A stretch of DNA of 61,909 bases, the filler included. It is 9 parts of 9 records of this genome, joined end to end, with 100 filler letters (N's around TTAATTAATTAA, not from the genome) between each part and the next. Parts side by side here need not be neighbours in the genome. Positions count along the whole stretch, not along the records: positions 22,399 to 31,005 come from SRR31147125_47209; positions 31,106 to 39,294 come from SRR31147125_47211; positions 39,395 to 45,777 come from SRR31147125_47219; 6 more parts are not named here. One strand, 5' to 3'. The notes below the pieces were generated by a model. The model worked only from the letters and a program-made list of their open reading frames with translations. It had not been told where the DNA came from and searched no databases. The position numbers and the translations under genes were made by a program. Each line of letters begins with the position of its first letter. The first letter of the stretch is position 1. This document shows, piece after piece, positions 29,580 to 39,689 of this stretch.

Positions 29580-30742
29580 TTACGAGGGGGGTTCCAAGTT
29601 CAACTCTGCTATTTTAGTCAGCAAAGTTTTATAACTTACTTTGAGTATTTTAGAGGCTTTTGAGCGATTCCAGGCCGTTTTACTCAAAACATACCCAATC
29701 ACCTCTCTCTCCACTCTGCTGACAACCTTTTTCTTCACAAGCTTTAGAGAAAAGTCATTACTCTTGTTTTCCAGATCGGCTCCATTTTCAAGAAATTCAT
29801 TGAGAATGGAGTTTGGTGGGATATCCTCTTTTCTGCGACGATGGTATGTGCGTTTTTCACCCAAGTCGGATGTACCTGCCACGTCTTCCTCCGGGGAAGG
29901 TTCGAGAAAGCGATCATCGCCCCGTCGGTTAAAATCTCCCATCCCCTTGGAAGCGACGGATGACGGCGTCTCAACGGCCTCCTCACGTCCATATTCAGAC
30001 ACTCTCAATTCTTTTAACAAGACGTCCCAGTTATTCACCACCAGCTGTTTTTTAATAATATTTTGCAACTGCCGGATATTACCGGGCCATGAAAATGAGG
30101 CTAACTGATCCAGCACAGCTTGATTCGGCGGCTGTATTTCTCTTAAAGGATATCGTTCCAAATAGGTGGAAATATAGTAATCCACAAGCAGTGGAATATC
30201 TTCCACCCGCTCCCGAAGGGGGGAATTTCAATTTTTATAATGTTCAACCGGTAAAATAAGTCTGCCCGAAATTGCTTCTGTTTGATTTTTGCTTCAAGAT
30301 CATGATTGGTGGCGGCAATGAGCCAAACATCGCTGAACATTTCCTGGTCCGACCCAAGGGGAGAAAACGCACCGGTTTGAAGCACGTGGAGGATTTTAGA
30401 TTGTAGAGATATCGGCATATCCCCAATTTCATCAAGAAACAAGACCCCTTTGTCCGCCATTTGGAACTTCCCCTGTCTTGCCCGATGAGCACCGGTGAAA
30501 GCCCCTTTGGAATAGCCATACAGTTCACTTTCCAGCAGCGTCTCAGGGAGTGCCGCACAATTGACTGTCACAAAGGAACTGTTATTTCTCGAAGAGGCTT
30601 CATGTAGATGCTTGGCTACGACACCTTTCCCCACACCTGTTTCTCCGGTAATTAAAATGTTGAGAAACGTGTCCGCGACATTTTTTATCAAGTTTCGAAT
30701 TTCAATAATCTGTTTGCTTTCGCCAATGATGGGAGATGTCAT
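29580..30742 (-). CDS. Sigma-54-dependent activator (AAA+ and Fis-type HTH, no N-terminal sensor); frameshift in the G6 run at 30218-30223
   Basis: GETGVGKG, ESELYG..KGAFTGA, LFLDEIGD, FRADLFYRLN; one added base restores IPPLRERVEDIP; WPGNIRQL, WNRSKASKILKVSYKTL. Confidence 0.92.
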
Positions 30743-31005
30743 TTCAGTATTGCTCAGCTTAAATAGTCAAATCCATAAAAGAAAGGGGGTAACAAACTGA
30801 ATGCAAAGAAATTTTATTTGGAAACTCAAATTCCCTGCCTTTCATTATTCTGAAATAAATTACATACTTTTTATCACATATATTTCAATATTAAAAGCCA
30901 ATTATAACCTTTACTTCACACAAGAATCAATTGACATCTATATCTTATTTTGATTCATTCGTACAAAACTCTAGAGTCATAACTTCTTATTTTTCATACT
31001 GTATG

Positions 31006-31105
31006 NNNNNNNNNNNNNNNNNNNNNNNNNNNNNNNNNNNNNNNNNNNNTTAATTAATTAANNNNNNNNNNNNNNNNNNNNNNNNNNNNNNNNNNNNNNN
31101 NNNNN
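31006..31105. other. Artificial contig spacer 4
   Basis: N44-TTAATTAATTAA-N44. Confidence 0.99.
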
Positions 31106-31639
31106 GGAGGCGCATGGGCGTTGTTTTGGCTCTCCTTTTGCGAATCCTCTTTTTTCCCCATCCCGCCGGATGTTCTGCTCATTGCCCTTTGCGTGGGCGC
31201 GCCGTCGAAGGCATTTCGATTTGCTCTCATTGGCAGTCTGGGATCTGTCCTGGGCGGTACCGTAGGCTATTTGATCGGCTGGCAATTCATGGGGCTGGTG
31301 GGGGAGAAAATTTTCACTTTTTACGGCTTGACCGACAAAGTGGAATACATCGGCTCGCTGTTCAGGGAGTGGGATGCCTGGGCCGTCTCCATTGCCGGAT
31401 TCACTCCCATCCCGTATAAGCTGTTCACCATTTCCGCCGGAATGTTCAAGGTCAATTTTATTGTGTTTTTGATCTCTTCGGCATGCTCCAGAACATTGCG
31501 GTTCGTGATTGTCGGAGGATTGATCTATCTCTTTGGTGCCGGAATCAGAACGTTTATCGATAAGTATTTCAATGCTCTGGCCACGGCATTTACCGTGCTG
31601 CTGGTGGGAGGCTTTGCCGCATTGAAATTTTTGTTTTGA
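31106..31639 (+). CDS. YqaA family (DedA/VTT) membrane protein, 5' truncated
   Basis: SFCESSFFPIPPDVLLI, SVLGGTVGYLIG, AGFTPIPYKLFTISAG. Confidence 0.9.
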   Translation, partial: GGAWALFWLSFCESSFFPIPPDVLLIALCVGAPSKAFRFALIGSLGSVLGGTVGYLIGWQFMGLVGEKIFTFYGLTDKVEYIGSLFREWDAWAVSIAGFTPIPYKLFTISAGMFKVNFIVFLISSACSRTLRFVIVGGLIYLFGAGIRTFIDKYFNALATAFTVLLVGGFAALKFLF

Positions 31640-31714
31640 TGCGCATTTCATTGGGATCACGAAAAAAACAAATGTCCTTTTTTAGTACAGTAACGTATTG
31701 TTTTTATGAAAGAC

Positions 31715-31760
31715 AAAACAGATAGGTTAGATCATTTAAAACAGATAGGTTAGATCATTT
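31715..31760. repeat. Perfect 23-bp tandem duplication
   Basis: AAAACAGATAGGTTAGATCATTT x2 (31715-31737, 31738-31760). Confidence 0.95.
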
Positions 31761-31825
31761 ATTTTCACGCGGATCCATTGGCTTTGCTTTGAAATTATAT
31801 TTGTCTTTCACGGGGTTACCCATCA

Positions 31826-32263
31826 ATGACCATGCCGTCACTCCAACCTGAAGTTAACTATCCTTTCCATTTTGATTCCTCCGTCTGCAATCACTGTTCA
31901 GCCCGATGTTGCCGTGGAAAATCCGGCAATATTTGGGTCAATGGTGATGACATGACGCAGATCATCACCTATCTGAAATCCAACCCCATTGACGCGATGC
32001 TGAAATTTTTCGAGAAGAAACTAGGACGGTGTCGAATTAAAGAGCAAAACAGCGGGGAAGAGTTTCGCTGTATTTTTCTTAATGCGGATTATCGATGCGA
32101 TATCTATCCGGTTCGTCCGATCCAGTGTCGCACGTTTCCCCATTGGGAACACTACAAAGATCCCGCTCAGCTTCTCTCTTTGAAGAATGAGTGCCCGGGC
32201 GTGGTTGAAAAATCACCAAATGGTGGGAAAGCGCTCTTTCAAATAGCTGATGAATCGCTCTAG
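31826..32263 (+). CDS. YkgJ family cysteine-cluster protein
   Basis: CNHCSARCC, CIFL...CDIYPVRPIQCRTFP, ECPG. Confidence 0.9.
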   Translation: MTMPSLQPEVNYPFHFDSSVCNHCSARCCRGKSGNIWVNGDDMTQIITYLKSNPIDAMLKFFEKKLGRCRIKEQNSGEEFRCIFLNADYRCDIYPVRPIQCRTFPHWEHYKDPAQLLSLKNECPGVVEKSPNGGKALFQIADESL

Positions 32264-33121
32264 TAATGGAGACGGGGTTCTTTTTTTGAAGGTGGTCAGG
32301 TAGAAGTGACGCTTGAGGTTGAGTCCGGTGATGGGCAGGACTTGTAGACGTCCCATATCAAGATAGTCCTGTACCGCCATGGTGGAGATAATGGAGATGC
32401 CGGCCCGGTTCACCACCCCTTGTATTACAGACGCGGTACTTCCCAGTCGAGCCCTGATATTGAGCTTCTCACTGTCGTATCCCGCATTGACCAATGCTTG
32501 CGATATGGATTTCCAGGTACCGGATCCCTTTTCTCTTCCCAAAAACGGCTCTGTTAAAAGCATCTCCGGGGACACTGCGGTGAGTTTTCCCTCTATCCAC
32601 GGGTGGGAGGGGGAGAGAACAAGCTTCATCTCATCTTCCAAAAGTTGGGTTTGATGGAGAAGGGGATCATCAATCGGGGCCCCCACGATTCCCGCTTCCA
32701 CCTCTTCTTCAAGGATGGCGTGTTTTATTTCAGTGGTATCCCCCACGGTGATCGAGAGGGAAATTTCGGGATATTGTTCGGAAAAGTCGCTGATAATACC
32801 GGGAATGATATAGGTGGCCGGAATGGTGCTTCCGCCGAACCGTAACTCTCCCTTGGCCTGGCCGAGAAACGCCGACATGGCCGACTCGGCCTCATCTTTG
32901 AGGGTCAGCAGCTGTTTGGCATAGGTATACAGCAGCTCTCCTGATTTGGTGGGAAGGGCCTCCCGACCCATTCGATCGATGAGAGGCGCACCAAAGTGCT
33001 CTTCAAGATCCTTGATGTGGCTGCTCACCGTCGGTTGTGAGAGAAAGATGGCATCCCCTGCCTTGGAGAAACTTTTGTGGTCCACCACATTGACGAATAT
33101 TTTCAGCTGCCACAGATCCAT
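32213..33121 (-). CDS. LysR-family regulator (CysL-like / selenium-metabolism-associated type)
   Basis: MDLWQLKIF...SFSKAG..IFLSQPTVSSHIKDLE, GGSTIPATYI, REKGSGT. Confidence 0.9.
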   Translation of the reverse strand: MDLWQLKIFVNVVDHKSFSKAGDAIFLSQPTVSSHIKDLEEHFGAPLIDRMGREALPTKSGELLYTYAKQLLTLKDEAESAMSAFLGQAKGELRFGGSTIPATYIIPGIISDFSEQYPEISLSITVGDTTEIKHAILEEEVEAGIVGAPIDDPLLHQTQLLEDEMKLVLSPSHPWIEGKLTAVSPEMLLTEPFLGREKGSGTWKSISQALVNAGYDSEKLNIRARLGSTASVIQGVVNRAGISIISTMAVQDYLDMGRLQVLPITGLNLKRHFYLTTFKKRTPSPLLERFISYLKERFPTIW

Positions 33122-33126
33122 TATCG

Positions 33127-33642
33127 TTAATCTTCCATGAGGGGAAATTTCTCTTTCATTTTGCACTTGACCGGGTGAGGTACCATTCCCGTGATATCAC
33201 CGCCGAATGTCGCCACTTCCTTGATGATGGATGAGCTTGTAAAGATCCATCGAAGTCCTGTCATGAGAAAGATAGTCTGTACATCCCGGCTCAGTTTACG
33301 GTTCATCAATGCCATCTGGAATTCGTTTTCAAAATCGGAGATGGCCCGCATGCCGCGCACAAGGGCCGTAGCTTGTTTTTGTTTGGCATAATCCACCAGA
33401 AGTCCGTCAAATGAATCCACAGTGACCTGGGTGTTTTTGGGAAAACTCAAGCGAATCAGCTCCAGTCGTTCATCCACGGTAAAGAGGCCGGTTTTTTGTG
33501 GATTGTGAAGCACAGCGACGATGACCTTGTCGAAAATTTTCGTGGCCCGCTCAATGACATCTACATGGCCGTTAGTCAGGGGATCGAATGAGCCCGGATA
33601 AATTCCGATACGTTCTTTGATTTCCATAGATCTGTTTTCCAT
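33127..33642 (-). CDS. coaD: Phosphopantetheine adenylyltransferase
   Basis: YPGSFDPLTNGH, VRGMRAISDFENEFQMALMN, SSSIIKEVA. Confidence 0.97.
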   Translation of the reverse strand: MENRSMEIKERIGIYPGSFDPLTNGHVDVIERATKIFDKVIVAVLHNPQKTGLFTVDERLELIRLSFPKNTQVTVDSFDGLLVDYAKQKQATALVRGMRAISDFENEFQMALMNRKLSRDVQTIFLMTGLRWIFTSSSIIKEVATFGGDITGMVPHPVKCKMKEKFPLMED

Positions 33643-33668
33643 TCGGTTAAAATGAGAGATGGATTCCG

Positions 33669-34223
33669 TTACACGGTTTCCAAAAATGAGATCACGGTTT
33701 TGCCATATCTTCGTTGGTCAAACAGCGTTACCTTTTTAAGTGCTTTGGGAACGCGTTCTTTTGGCGTGTGTTCTATAATGATTGTGCCATTTGGGTCAAG
33801 GCAATTGAGCAAATTCTCGTTCCTGAGGCACTTTTCCAGCAACCCTTTGCCATAGGGGGGGTCCATGAAAATCATATCGAAACGCTTGTCTGAAATGAAA
33901 GGGGGGAATGTGCTGCGGCTGAGATCCCAAGCGATCACAGCGGATTTGTTTTCCATTTTACAAAGCGAGATGTTTTGTTTGATCAGCCGGCATGATTCAT
34001 CAGCAAGATCCACAAAATAGGCAAATTCCGCGCCGCGGCTCAGTGATTCAAGGCCCAATGCCCCGGTACCGGCAAAGAGGTCTAAAACCCTCGCTTCTTG
34101 TAGCTCATGCGGTCCCAATATATTGAAAAGTGACTCTCGAACCCGATCCGATGTGGGCCGGATATCCCAATTTTTTGGGGTAATCAGTTTTCTGCCCCTG
34201 CAACTGCCACTGATGATTCTCAT
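33669..34223 (-). CDS. rsmD: 16S rRNA m2G966 methyltransferase
   Basis: MRIISG..RGRKL, RPTSDRVRESLFNIL, LDLFAGTGALGLESLSRGA, DPPY. Confidence 0.96.
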   Translation of the reverse strand: MRIISGSCRGRKLITPKNWDIRPTSDRVRESLFNILGPHELQEARVLDLFAGTGALGLESLSRGAEFAYFVDLADESCRLIKQNISLCKMENKSAVIAWDLSRSTFPPFISDKRFDMIFMDPPYGKGLLEKCLRNENLLNCLDPNGTIIIEHTPKERVPKALKKVTLFDQRRYGKTVISFLETV

Positions 34224-34224
34224 A

Positions 34225-35616
34225 TCACTTCGTACCTAATTCCTTAGCAAGAAGGCCGGAGATGTAAAACGGTGCCACTCCGGTGGCTTTGGCCACCTCT
34301 TCAATGTCGCCGTCGGCATACTGTAGCTTTTGCTTCAAGAACTCTTTTTCAAACGCTTTTCTGGCCTCTTCCAGGGTTGGGAGGGCAAAGATGGCACGCC
34401 GCTCTTTGGGCAAATCCGATTGATCTCCCAAACCGTCTACAAGTGGAGAATCTCCGGCACGGTAAGGCATGGGAAGATCTGAGACTGTGATGGTCTCCGA
34501 CGGAGTCATGATGCTGAGTCGCTCCACCAGGTTTTTCAGCTCCCGGACATTACCGGGCCAGTCATATTGTTGAAGAAGCGCCAGGGCGGTCTCATCAATG
34601 GATTTTTGTTTTCCTTTTCCCTCATTGGCAAACTTGGAAAGAAAGATTTGTACCAGAAGTGGAATATCTTCCTGTCGTTCTTTCAGGGGAGGCACCTCCA
34701 CCGGAATGACATTGAGGCGATAAAAAAGATCTTCTCGAAATGCCCCTGTTTCGATCTCTTCTCGGAGCTTTTTATTGGTGGAGGCCACAATCCGGACATC
34801 CACATGGATGGTCCGGCCGCCACCCACCCGTTGAAAGGTACTGGATTCGATGGTCCTCAGAATTTTCGCCTGGGTCTTCAGATTCATATCTCCGATTTCA
34901 TCGAGAAAGAGGGTTCCACCGGATGCCAGCTCAAATTTTCCTCTGTTTTTGGCATCCGCCCCCGGAAAAGCCCCTCGTTCATGGCCGAATAATTCGCTGT
35001 CAATGTGTTCCTCAGGAATGGCTGCGCAGTTGACGATGATGAACGGTGCTTCCGGGCGATTGCTGAACTGATGAATGGTGCGGGCCACCAGTTCCTTACC
35101 GGTGCCGTTTTTTCCGGTGATGAGAATGGGTGCATCCGACGGGGCCGCATTCATGATGTTGAGGTTCAACGCCTGTACCGCCCGGCTCCGGCCATTGATG
35201 GAGTGTTTTTCAATGCTTTTTTTGCGTAGATATCGGTTCTCTTCCTCAAGTTTTCTGAAGTTCAGCGCATTGTTGATGGTCACGATCACCCGGTCGATGG
35301 AGAGGGGTTTTTCGAGGAAATCGAATGCGCCGGAACGCGTGGCATCCACGGCCGCCTCGATGGTGCCGTGTCCGGTGATCATCACCACCGGCAAATTGGG
35401 AGATTGCGCTTTGATCTCCTTCAAGGTTTCGATTCCGTCCATCCCCGGCATCCAGATATCCAGTAACACGATATCGGGTGAATGGCGGTCTATGGCTTTA
35501 ATGGCTTCATAACCGTTGAAGGCATGCAGTACTTCAAATCCCTCATCGGAGAGAATGCCTTCCAAGGAGTCGATAATGGATTCGTTGTCGTCGACGATGA
35601 GTACGGCAGGAAACAT
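34225..35616 (-). CDS. NtrX-like sigma-54-type response regulator (REC-AAA+-HTH)
   Basis: LIVDD, LLDIWMP, GKNGTGKE, GAFPGA (variant of GAFTGA), LFLDEIGD, WPGNVREL. Confidence 0.92.
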   Translation of the reverse strand: MFPAVLIVDDNESIIDSLEGILSDEGFEVLHAFNGYEAIKAIDRHSPDIVLLDIWMPGMDGIETLKEIKAQSPNLPVVMITGHGTIEAAVDATRSGAFDFLEKPLSIDRVIVTINNALNFRKLEEENRYLRKKSIEKHSINGRSRAVQALNLNIMNAAPSDAPILITGKNGTGKELVARTIHQFSNRPEAPFIIVNCAAIPEEHIDSELFGHERGAFPGADAKNRGKFELASGGTLFLDEIGDMNLKTQAKILRTIESSTFQRVGGGRTIHVDVRIVASTNKKLREEIETGAFREDLFYRLNVIPVEVPPLKERQEDIPLLVQIFLSKFANEGKGKQKSIDETALALLQQYDWPGNVRELKNLVERLSIMTPSETITVSDLPMPYRAGDSPLVDGLGDQSDLPKERRAIFALPTLEEARKAFEKEFLKQKLQYADGDIEEVAKATGVAPFYISGLLAKELGTK

Positions 35617-35784
35617 AAGGTCACCTTAGAAAAAATGTATGAATCAACCGACAATAATTGCCGGTCTGAGTTGATGTTGTCTTGATTGATGGGGGCACGG
35701 GTATCATGTTGTCATTACAGCAGGGTGTATGATGGTATTGAAGTCGTTTGAAGATCATTTGGTTATGCCTCTACTACGTCTCTA

Positions 35785-38049
35785 TTATGCTTCTACTGGG
35801 AGTTCTATAATGAATTTCGCCCCAACCGGCACATTGTCCTGAATTCGGATGCTTCCCTTGTGATCGGTGATGATGGAGTTGACAATGGCAAGTCCCAGCC
35901 CCATGCCCGATTTTTTAGTGGAAAAGTAAGGTTCGAACAACTTGGTCTTCTCAAGATCGGAGATCCCTTTGCCGTCATCCGTCACCTCGACACGCACCAG
36001 CGATGCATGGGGATCTAGGTGCATATCAATGGAAATACGGCCTTTTTTATTGATGGCAGCCACGGCATTGTCCATCAAGTTGATGAGCGCCTGCTTCATC
36101 TGCTGGCGATCCAGCTGCAGCAAGGGCATGTCTTCCGGACAGGTGGTACGGATCTCCACCGACTCCAGTCCCTCTTTGTAAAGGGCGATGCTCTCATCGA
36201 CGATCTCTTCAATCCGGCACGGCTGCGGTCGACAATCGGGGAATTTGGCAAATTGAGCAAATTCGTTGACCAAATTTCGAATGAGATCCACATGCTCCAC
36301 AATGGTTTGGGTGCACTGGATAAAGATGTCATCATCCAACGCTTTGGCATATTTTCGTTTCAGGCGCTGGGCCGATAATTTGATGGGGGTCAGGGGGTTT
36401 TTCACTTCATGGGCAATACGCCGTGCCACCTCTCTCCAGGCGGCCATCCGCTGGGCTTTCTCGATTTCGGTCATGTCATCGAAAACCATTACCGTTCCTA
36501 CGGGGGCGCCCTGATCGGTTCGCAGTGCATTGAAATGGGCGGAAAAGTACCTGGGGGTACCGTTGATGGAGACGGTGATGGGAAAGGCGTCGCTGGCGGT
36601 TGTCGGAGGAGAGGGGAGCTTTTTCTCGATCTTCTCGGCCAGCATCAGTTGCTCCCCTTTGAGCACCTCTTTGTAGTGCCGGTTCAATATGGCCCGTCCA
36701 TCGATATTGAGAAGGGATTCCGCTGCTTTGTTGATGGTCGTGATGGTCCCGGATCGATCCACGGAGATGACCCCGGCCGAGATGTTCTCCAATACAATCT
36801 CCATATATTGCCGGCTGGCCTCGATGGCTCTGTTCTGCTTTTCCACCATTTCCTTGGAGCGGGCCAGCTTTTCGCGACCGGTTGCCAGCTCCCGGGTCAT
36901 GGAGTTGAATGAGTCGATGAGGGTACCCAACTCATCGTTGGTTTGGAAATCGATGACATAGTCGAGATCCCCTTGGGTGATGCGCTGGGTTCCTTCTGCA
37001 AACTTCATGAGGGGAATGGTGATGGATCGAGCCAGGTAAAAGCCGAACCAAATGGCGCAAAAGAGCACCAGAAGGGCCACAATGGAGAGTGCGATATAGT
37101 TGGAGACCGCAACCGGTTTTTTCACTAAGGTGAGTTGCTGATACTCTTCCACTCCCCTGGAGATGGTGGTCAGGGCGTTGGACAGGTCTGTAGAAATGGC
37201 CGTGGTCATCACCAGGAATCCCAGAGCGCTCTCCGGTTTGGCTGCAAAGGGAACTGCCAGGATGGTTCTAATGACTTCGCCGTTTTCAAAGGGTTCGGTC
37301 ACGGAGTGAACACCGCTTTCCTGAGGAATTTGGATGAATTGATCACTGGTCAGAAGGGGAAAAGCTTGTGAGTCGAGTTCGAAATCTCCGGATCCCCTGA
37401 AGTCCTGAGAAACCGATAGCACAATTCGGCGGGCGTCCGGTGTATAGAGTTCCACTCCATCCAAGCTGAACGTTGCTCGCATTGCCATCAAACGATCGAT
37501 CAGCACCTGCTCTTTTATTAACGGCGATAACAGGTCGTCTTGGATAATGACTTCTGCCGTCTCTCTTCCAAAATAGAGGTTTTTCTCTTCAATCTGCTGA
37601 TACAGGGAGCGTCCCACGGAAAGTGCATGATTCAGGGTCTGCTCCACCGGTGCGTTGAACCAGAAGGTCAGGCTCGATGAGATAAAGTGAATGGCAAAGA
37701 AAAAAAGAACACTGGTGGGCACCAGTGAGAGGGTGATAAACGCCGCCACCAACTTGGTTTTCAGGCTGGTGCCTAAAATTTTGCTCTTTTTTTCATAATA
37801 GAGCTTGGCCAGATTCCGAAATACCAGCAAAATCAAGGCCAGCAAAAGCAGAAGATTGGTATTGATCAATATGAAAATCAGGACGGCGTTGGAGACTGGA
37901 ATGCTGCTGCCCAGGCCGCTCAGACGCATTTCTGCGATGGTCAAAATCCCCACAACGGCAAGGATCACCAGGATCAGAATGCCCTCTTTTTTCCGTCGTC
38001 GCTTTTCCGTTAGCGGATCGGGGAGCTCTGTTAAATCATTGGGTCTCAA
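35785..38049 (-). CDS. NtrY-like sensor histidine kinase (HAMP-PAS-HisKA-HATPase)
   Basis: AAWREVARRIAHEVKNPLTPIKLSAQRL, FEPYFSTK, GMGLGLAIV. Confidence 0.93.
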   Translation of the reverse strand: MRPNDLTELPDPLTEKRRRKKEGILILVILAVVGILTIAEMRLSGLGSSIPVSNAVLIFILINTNLLLLLALILLVFRNLAKLYYEKKSKILGTSLKTKLVAAFITLSLVPTSVLFFFAIHFISSSLTFWFNAPVEQTLNHALSVGRSLYQQIEEKNLYFGRETAEVIIQDDLLSPLIKEQVLIDRLMAMRATFSLDGVELYTPDARRIVLSVSQDFRGSGDFELDSQAFPLLTSDQFIQIPQESGVHSVTEPFENGEVIRTILAVPFAAKPESALGFLVMTTAISTDLSNALTTISRGVEEYQQLTLVKKPVAVSNYIALSIVALLVLFCAIWFGFYLARSITIPLMKFAEGTQRITQGDLDYVIDFQTNDELGTLIDSFNSMTRELATGREKLARSKEMVEKQNRAIEASRQYMEIVLENISAGVISVDRSGTITTINKAAESLLNIDGRAILNRHYKEVLKGEQLMLAEKIEKKLPSPPTTASDAFPITVSINGTPRYFSAHFNALRTDQGAPVGTVMVFDDMTEIEKAQRMAAWREVARRIAHEVKNPLTPIKLSAQRLKRKYAKALDDDIFIQCTQTIVEHVDLIRNLVNEFAQFAKFPDCRPQPCRIEEIVDESIALYKEGLESVEIRTTCPEDMPLLQLDRQQMKQALINLMDNAVAAINKKGRISIDMHLDPHASLVRVEVTDDGKGISDLEKTKLFEPYFSTKKSGMGLGLAIVNSIITDHKGSIRIQDNVPVGAKFIIELPVEA

Positions 38050-38669
38050 TAGATGATGTTTACCTTGTACCAGTCGGTTTCAATATTCCACATGGAGGCA
38101 AACAGGATGAGGTATTGGGAGTAACGGGGGCGGGAATCTCCATTCATTTCGGCTTTGATTCGAATTTCATACTGTTCCCCCTTCTCCAATCGACTTAAGG
38201 GGAGGATGGGAAGTGCGTAGATGTGGGACATCAGCGATTTTGCCTGATCAAGGGTGGGGGTGACCATCGGTTTATCACCGGCCCATGGACGCGTCAGGGA
38301 AAATTGTTGCTTCAATGCACTGTATTTCAGGGTGCTCTTCAGCTCCATCTCTACGATCTTTTTGTTCAACCAAGCATCGTTTTTTTGATAGACAAAGATA
38401 TAAAATGAAAAAGATGCGGGCACCCCTTTTAAAAGCGCATCATCGATTTCATGGTTAAAGGCATCCTGGACGGTGAAGTAGAGCATCAACTCATCCCGAG
38501 TATTGGCAACCACGATATCTTTCAAGGATACCTCTTTTGATGCAAAGACGGGATATGGATGGGTCATCATCATCAAAAGGGCAAGTCCAACAAGACCAAA
38601 TCCGGCCGGAAAGGATCGGCATTTCCGGGAAGAGGAAGAGGAATTGAGGCACCGCTTTTCACTCATCAT
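38046..38669 (-). CDS. DUF4390-like periplasmic protein
   Basis: Signal/TM segment, position directly upstream of ntrY, C-terminal WNIETDWY. Confidence 0.7.
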   Translation of the reverse strand: MMSEKRCLNSSSSSRKCRSFPAGFGLVGLALLMMMTHPYPVFASKEVSLKDIVVANTRDELMLYFTVQDAFNHEIDDALLKGVPASFSFYIFVYQKNDAWLNKKIVEMELKSTLKYSALKQQFSLTRPWAGDKPMVTPTLDQAKSLMSHIYALPILPLSRLEKGEQYEIRIKAEMNGDSRPRYSQYLILFASMWNIETDWYKVNIIY

Positions 38670-38679
38670 TTTTCACTCA

Positions 38680-39294
38680 TCATTGATTGGAAGATTGGGG
38701 AGAGATGGGAACCGGGCGGGTCTCCCAGGCATCTTTTTGTGCCAGAAACGTTTCGATGAATTTACGATTGAGTGCATGCCCTGATTTATAGGTCTCAATA
38801 TGTCCCAGAATCGGCATGCCCAGCAAAGAGAAGTCCCCCAGGCAATCCAGGAGTTTGTGCCGGACAAATTCATCCGGATATCTCAGTCCCGATGGGTTGA
38901 GCACCTTATCGTTATCAATGACGACGGCATTGTCGAGGCTCCCCCTTTTCCAAGGTGAAACATCTTGAGGTATTGAAGATCTTGGACAAACCCGAATGTT
39001 CTGGCCTGACAGATATCGGTCATGAAGTTGCCGTCGGCAAGATCGAAGGTCAATTCCTGGGTGCCGATCACAGGGGTATCGAACTGAATGGCACAGGAGA
39101 TCTTGAAGCCGGAATCGGGACGGACCGTCACAAATTTGTCGCCTTCTTCAATGGTGATGGGGTGTGTGGCCACAAAGAACCATCTCGGTTTGGCCTGCTT
39201 TCGAATCCCGGCCTCAACCATGACTTCGGCAAAGGCTTTGGCACTGCCGTCCATGATGGGCATCTCATATCCGTCGATCTCCACCAGGGCATTG
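38680..39294 (-). CDS. lpxC: UDP-3-O-acyl-GlcNAc deacetylase, 5' truncated; frameshift in the C5 run at 38941-38945
   Basis: EMPIMDGSA, ARTFGF; one added base restores GKGGSLDNAVV...GLRYPDEFVRHKLLDCLGD, KSGHALN. Confidence 0.94.
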
Positions 39295-39394
39295 NNNNNN
39301 NNNNNNNNNNNNNNNNNNNNNNNNNNNNNNNNNNNNNNTTAATTAATTAANNNNNNNNNNNNNNNNNNNNNNNNNNNNNNNNNNNNNNNNNNNN
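39295..39394. other. Artificial contig spacer 5
   Basis: N44-TTAATTAATTAA-N44. Confidence 0.99.
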
Positions 39395-39623
39395 TTTTCA
39401 GGATATTATTGATAGTAAGCCTAGATCTCAGGACTTGGATTCGTTATATTCTCCTACAGGTGCTGTCTGGATCGCAAAAGCACAGGAGTTAATAAAAACA
39501 CAATCATTTTATACAGAAGATACCTGTACTTGGGAAATGAATTGGAAAAACGCTATAGACATAGATGATTATGAAGATTTGGAAATGGCAAAAGCAGTAT
39601 ACTACATGTTAAACAAGAATTAA
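39395..39623 (+). CDS. Acylneuraminate-type cytidylyltransferase, C-terminal part (5' truncated)
   Basis: RSQDLDSLYSPTGAVWI...AIDIDDYEDLEMA. Confidence 0.82.
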
Positions 39624-39689
39624 GTCAGCTGAAAGTGGTTATAAATAGAATCCAACTTGTAATAAAGTTGTCAGGTATATAGGGATTGA

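Noticed and set aside
31826..33121. Selenoprotein or Sec-recoding system near the selenium-associated-type LysR
   Set aside because: I found no in-frame TGA at a Cys position in neighbouring genes and no sel genes on the contig.
38680..39294. lpxC and other split genes as pseudogenes or programmed frameshifts
   Set aside because: The uniform single-base homopolymer loss across unrelated contigs, with otherwise intact motifs, points to sequencing error.
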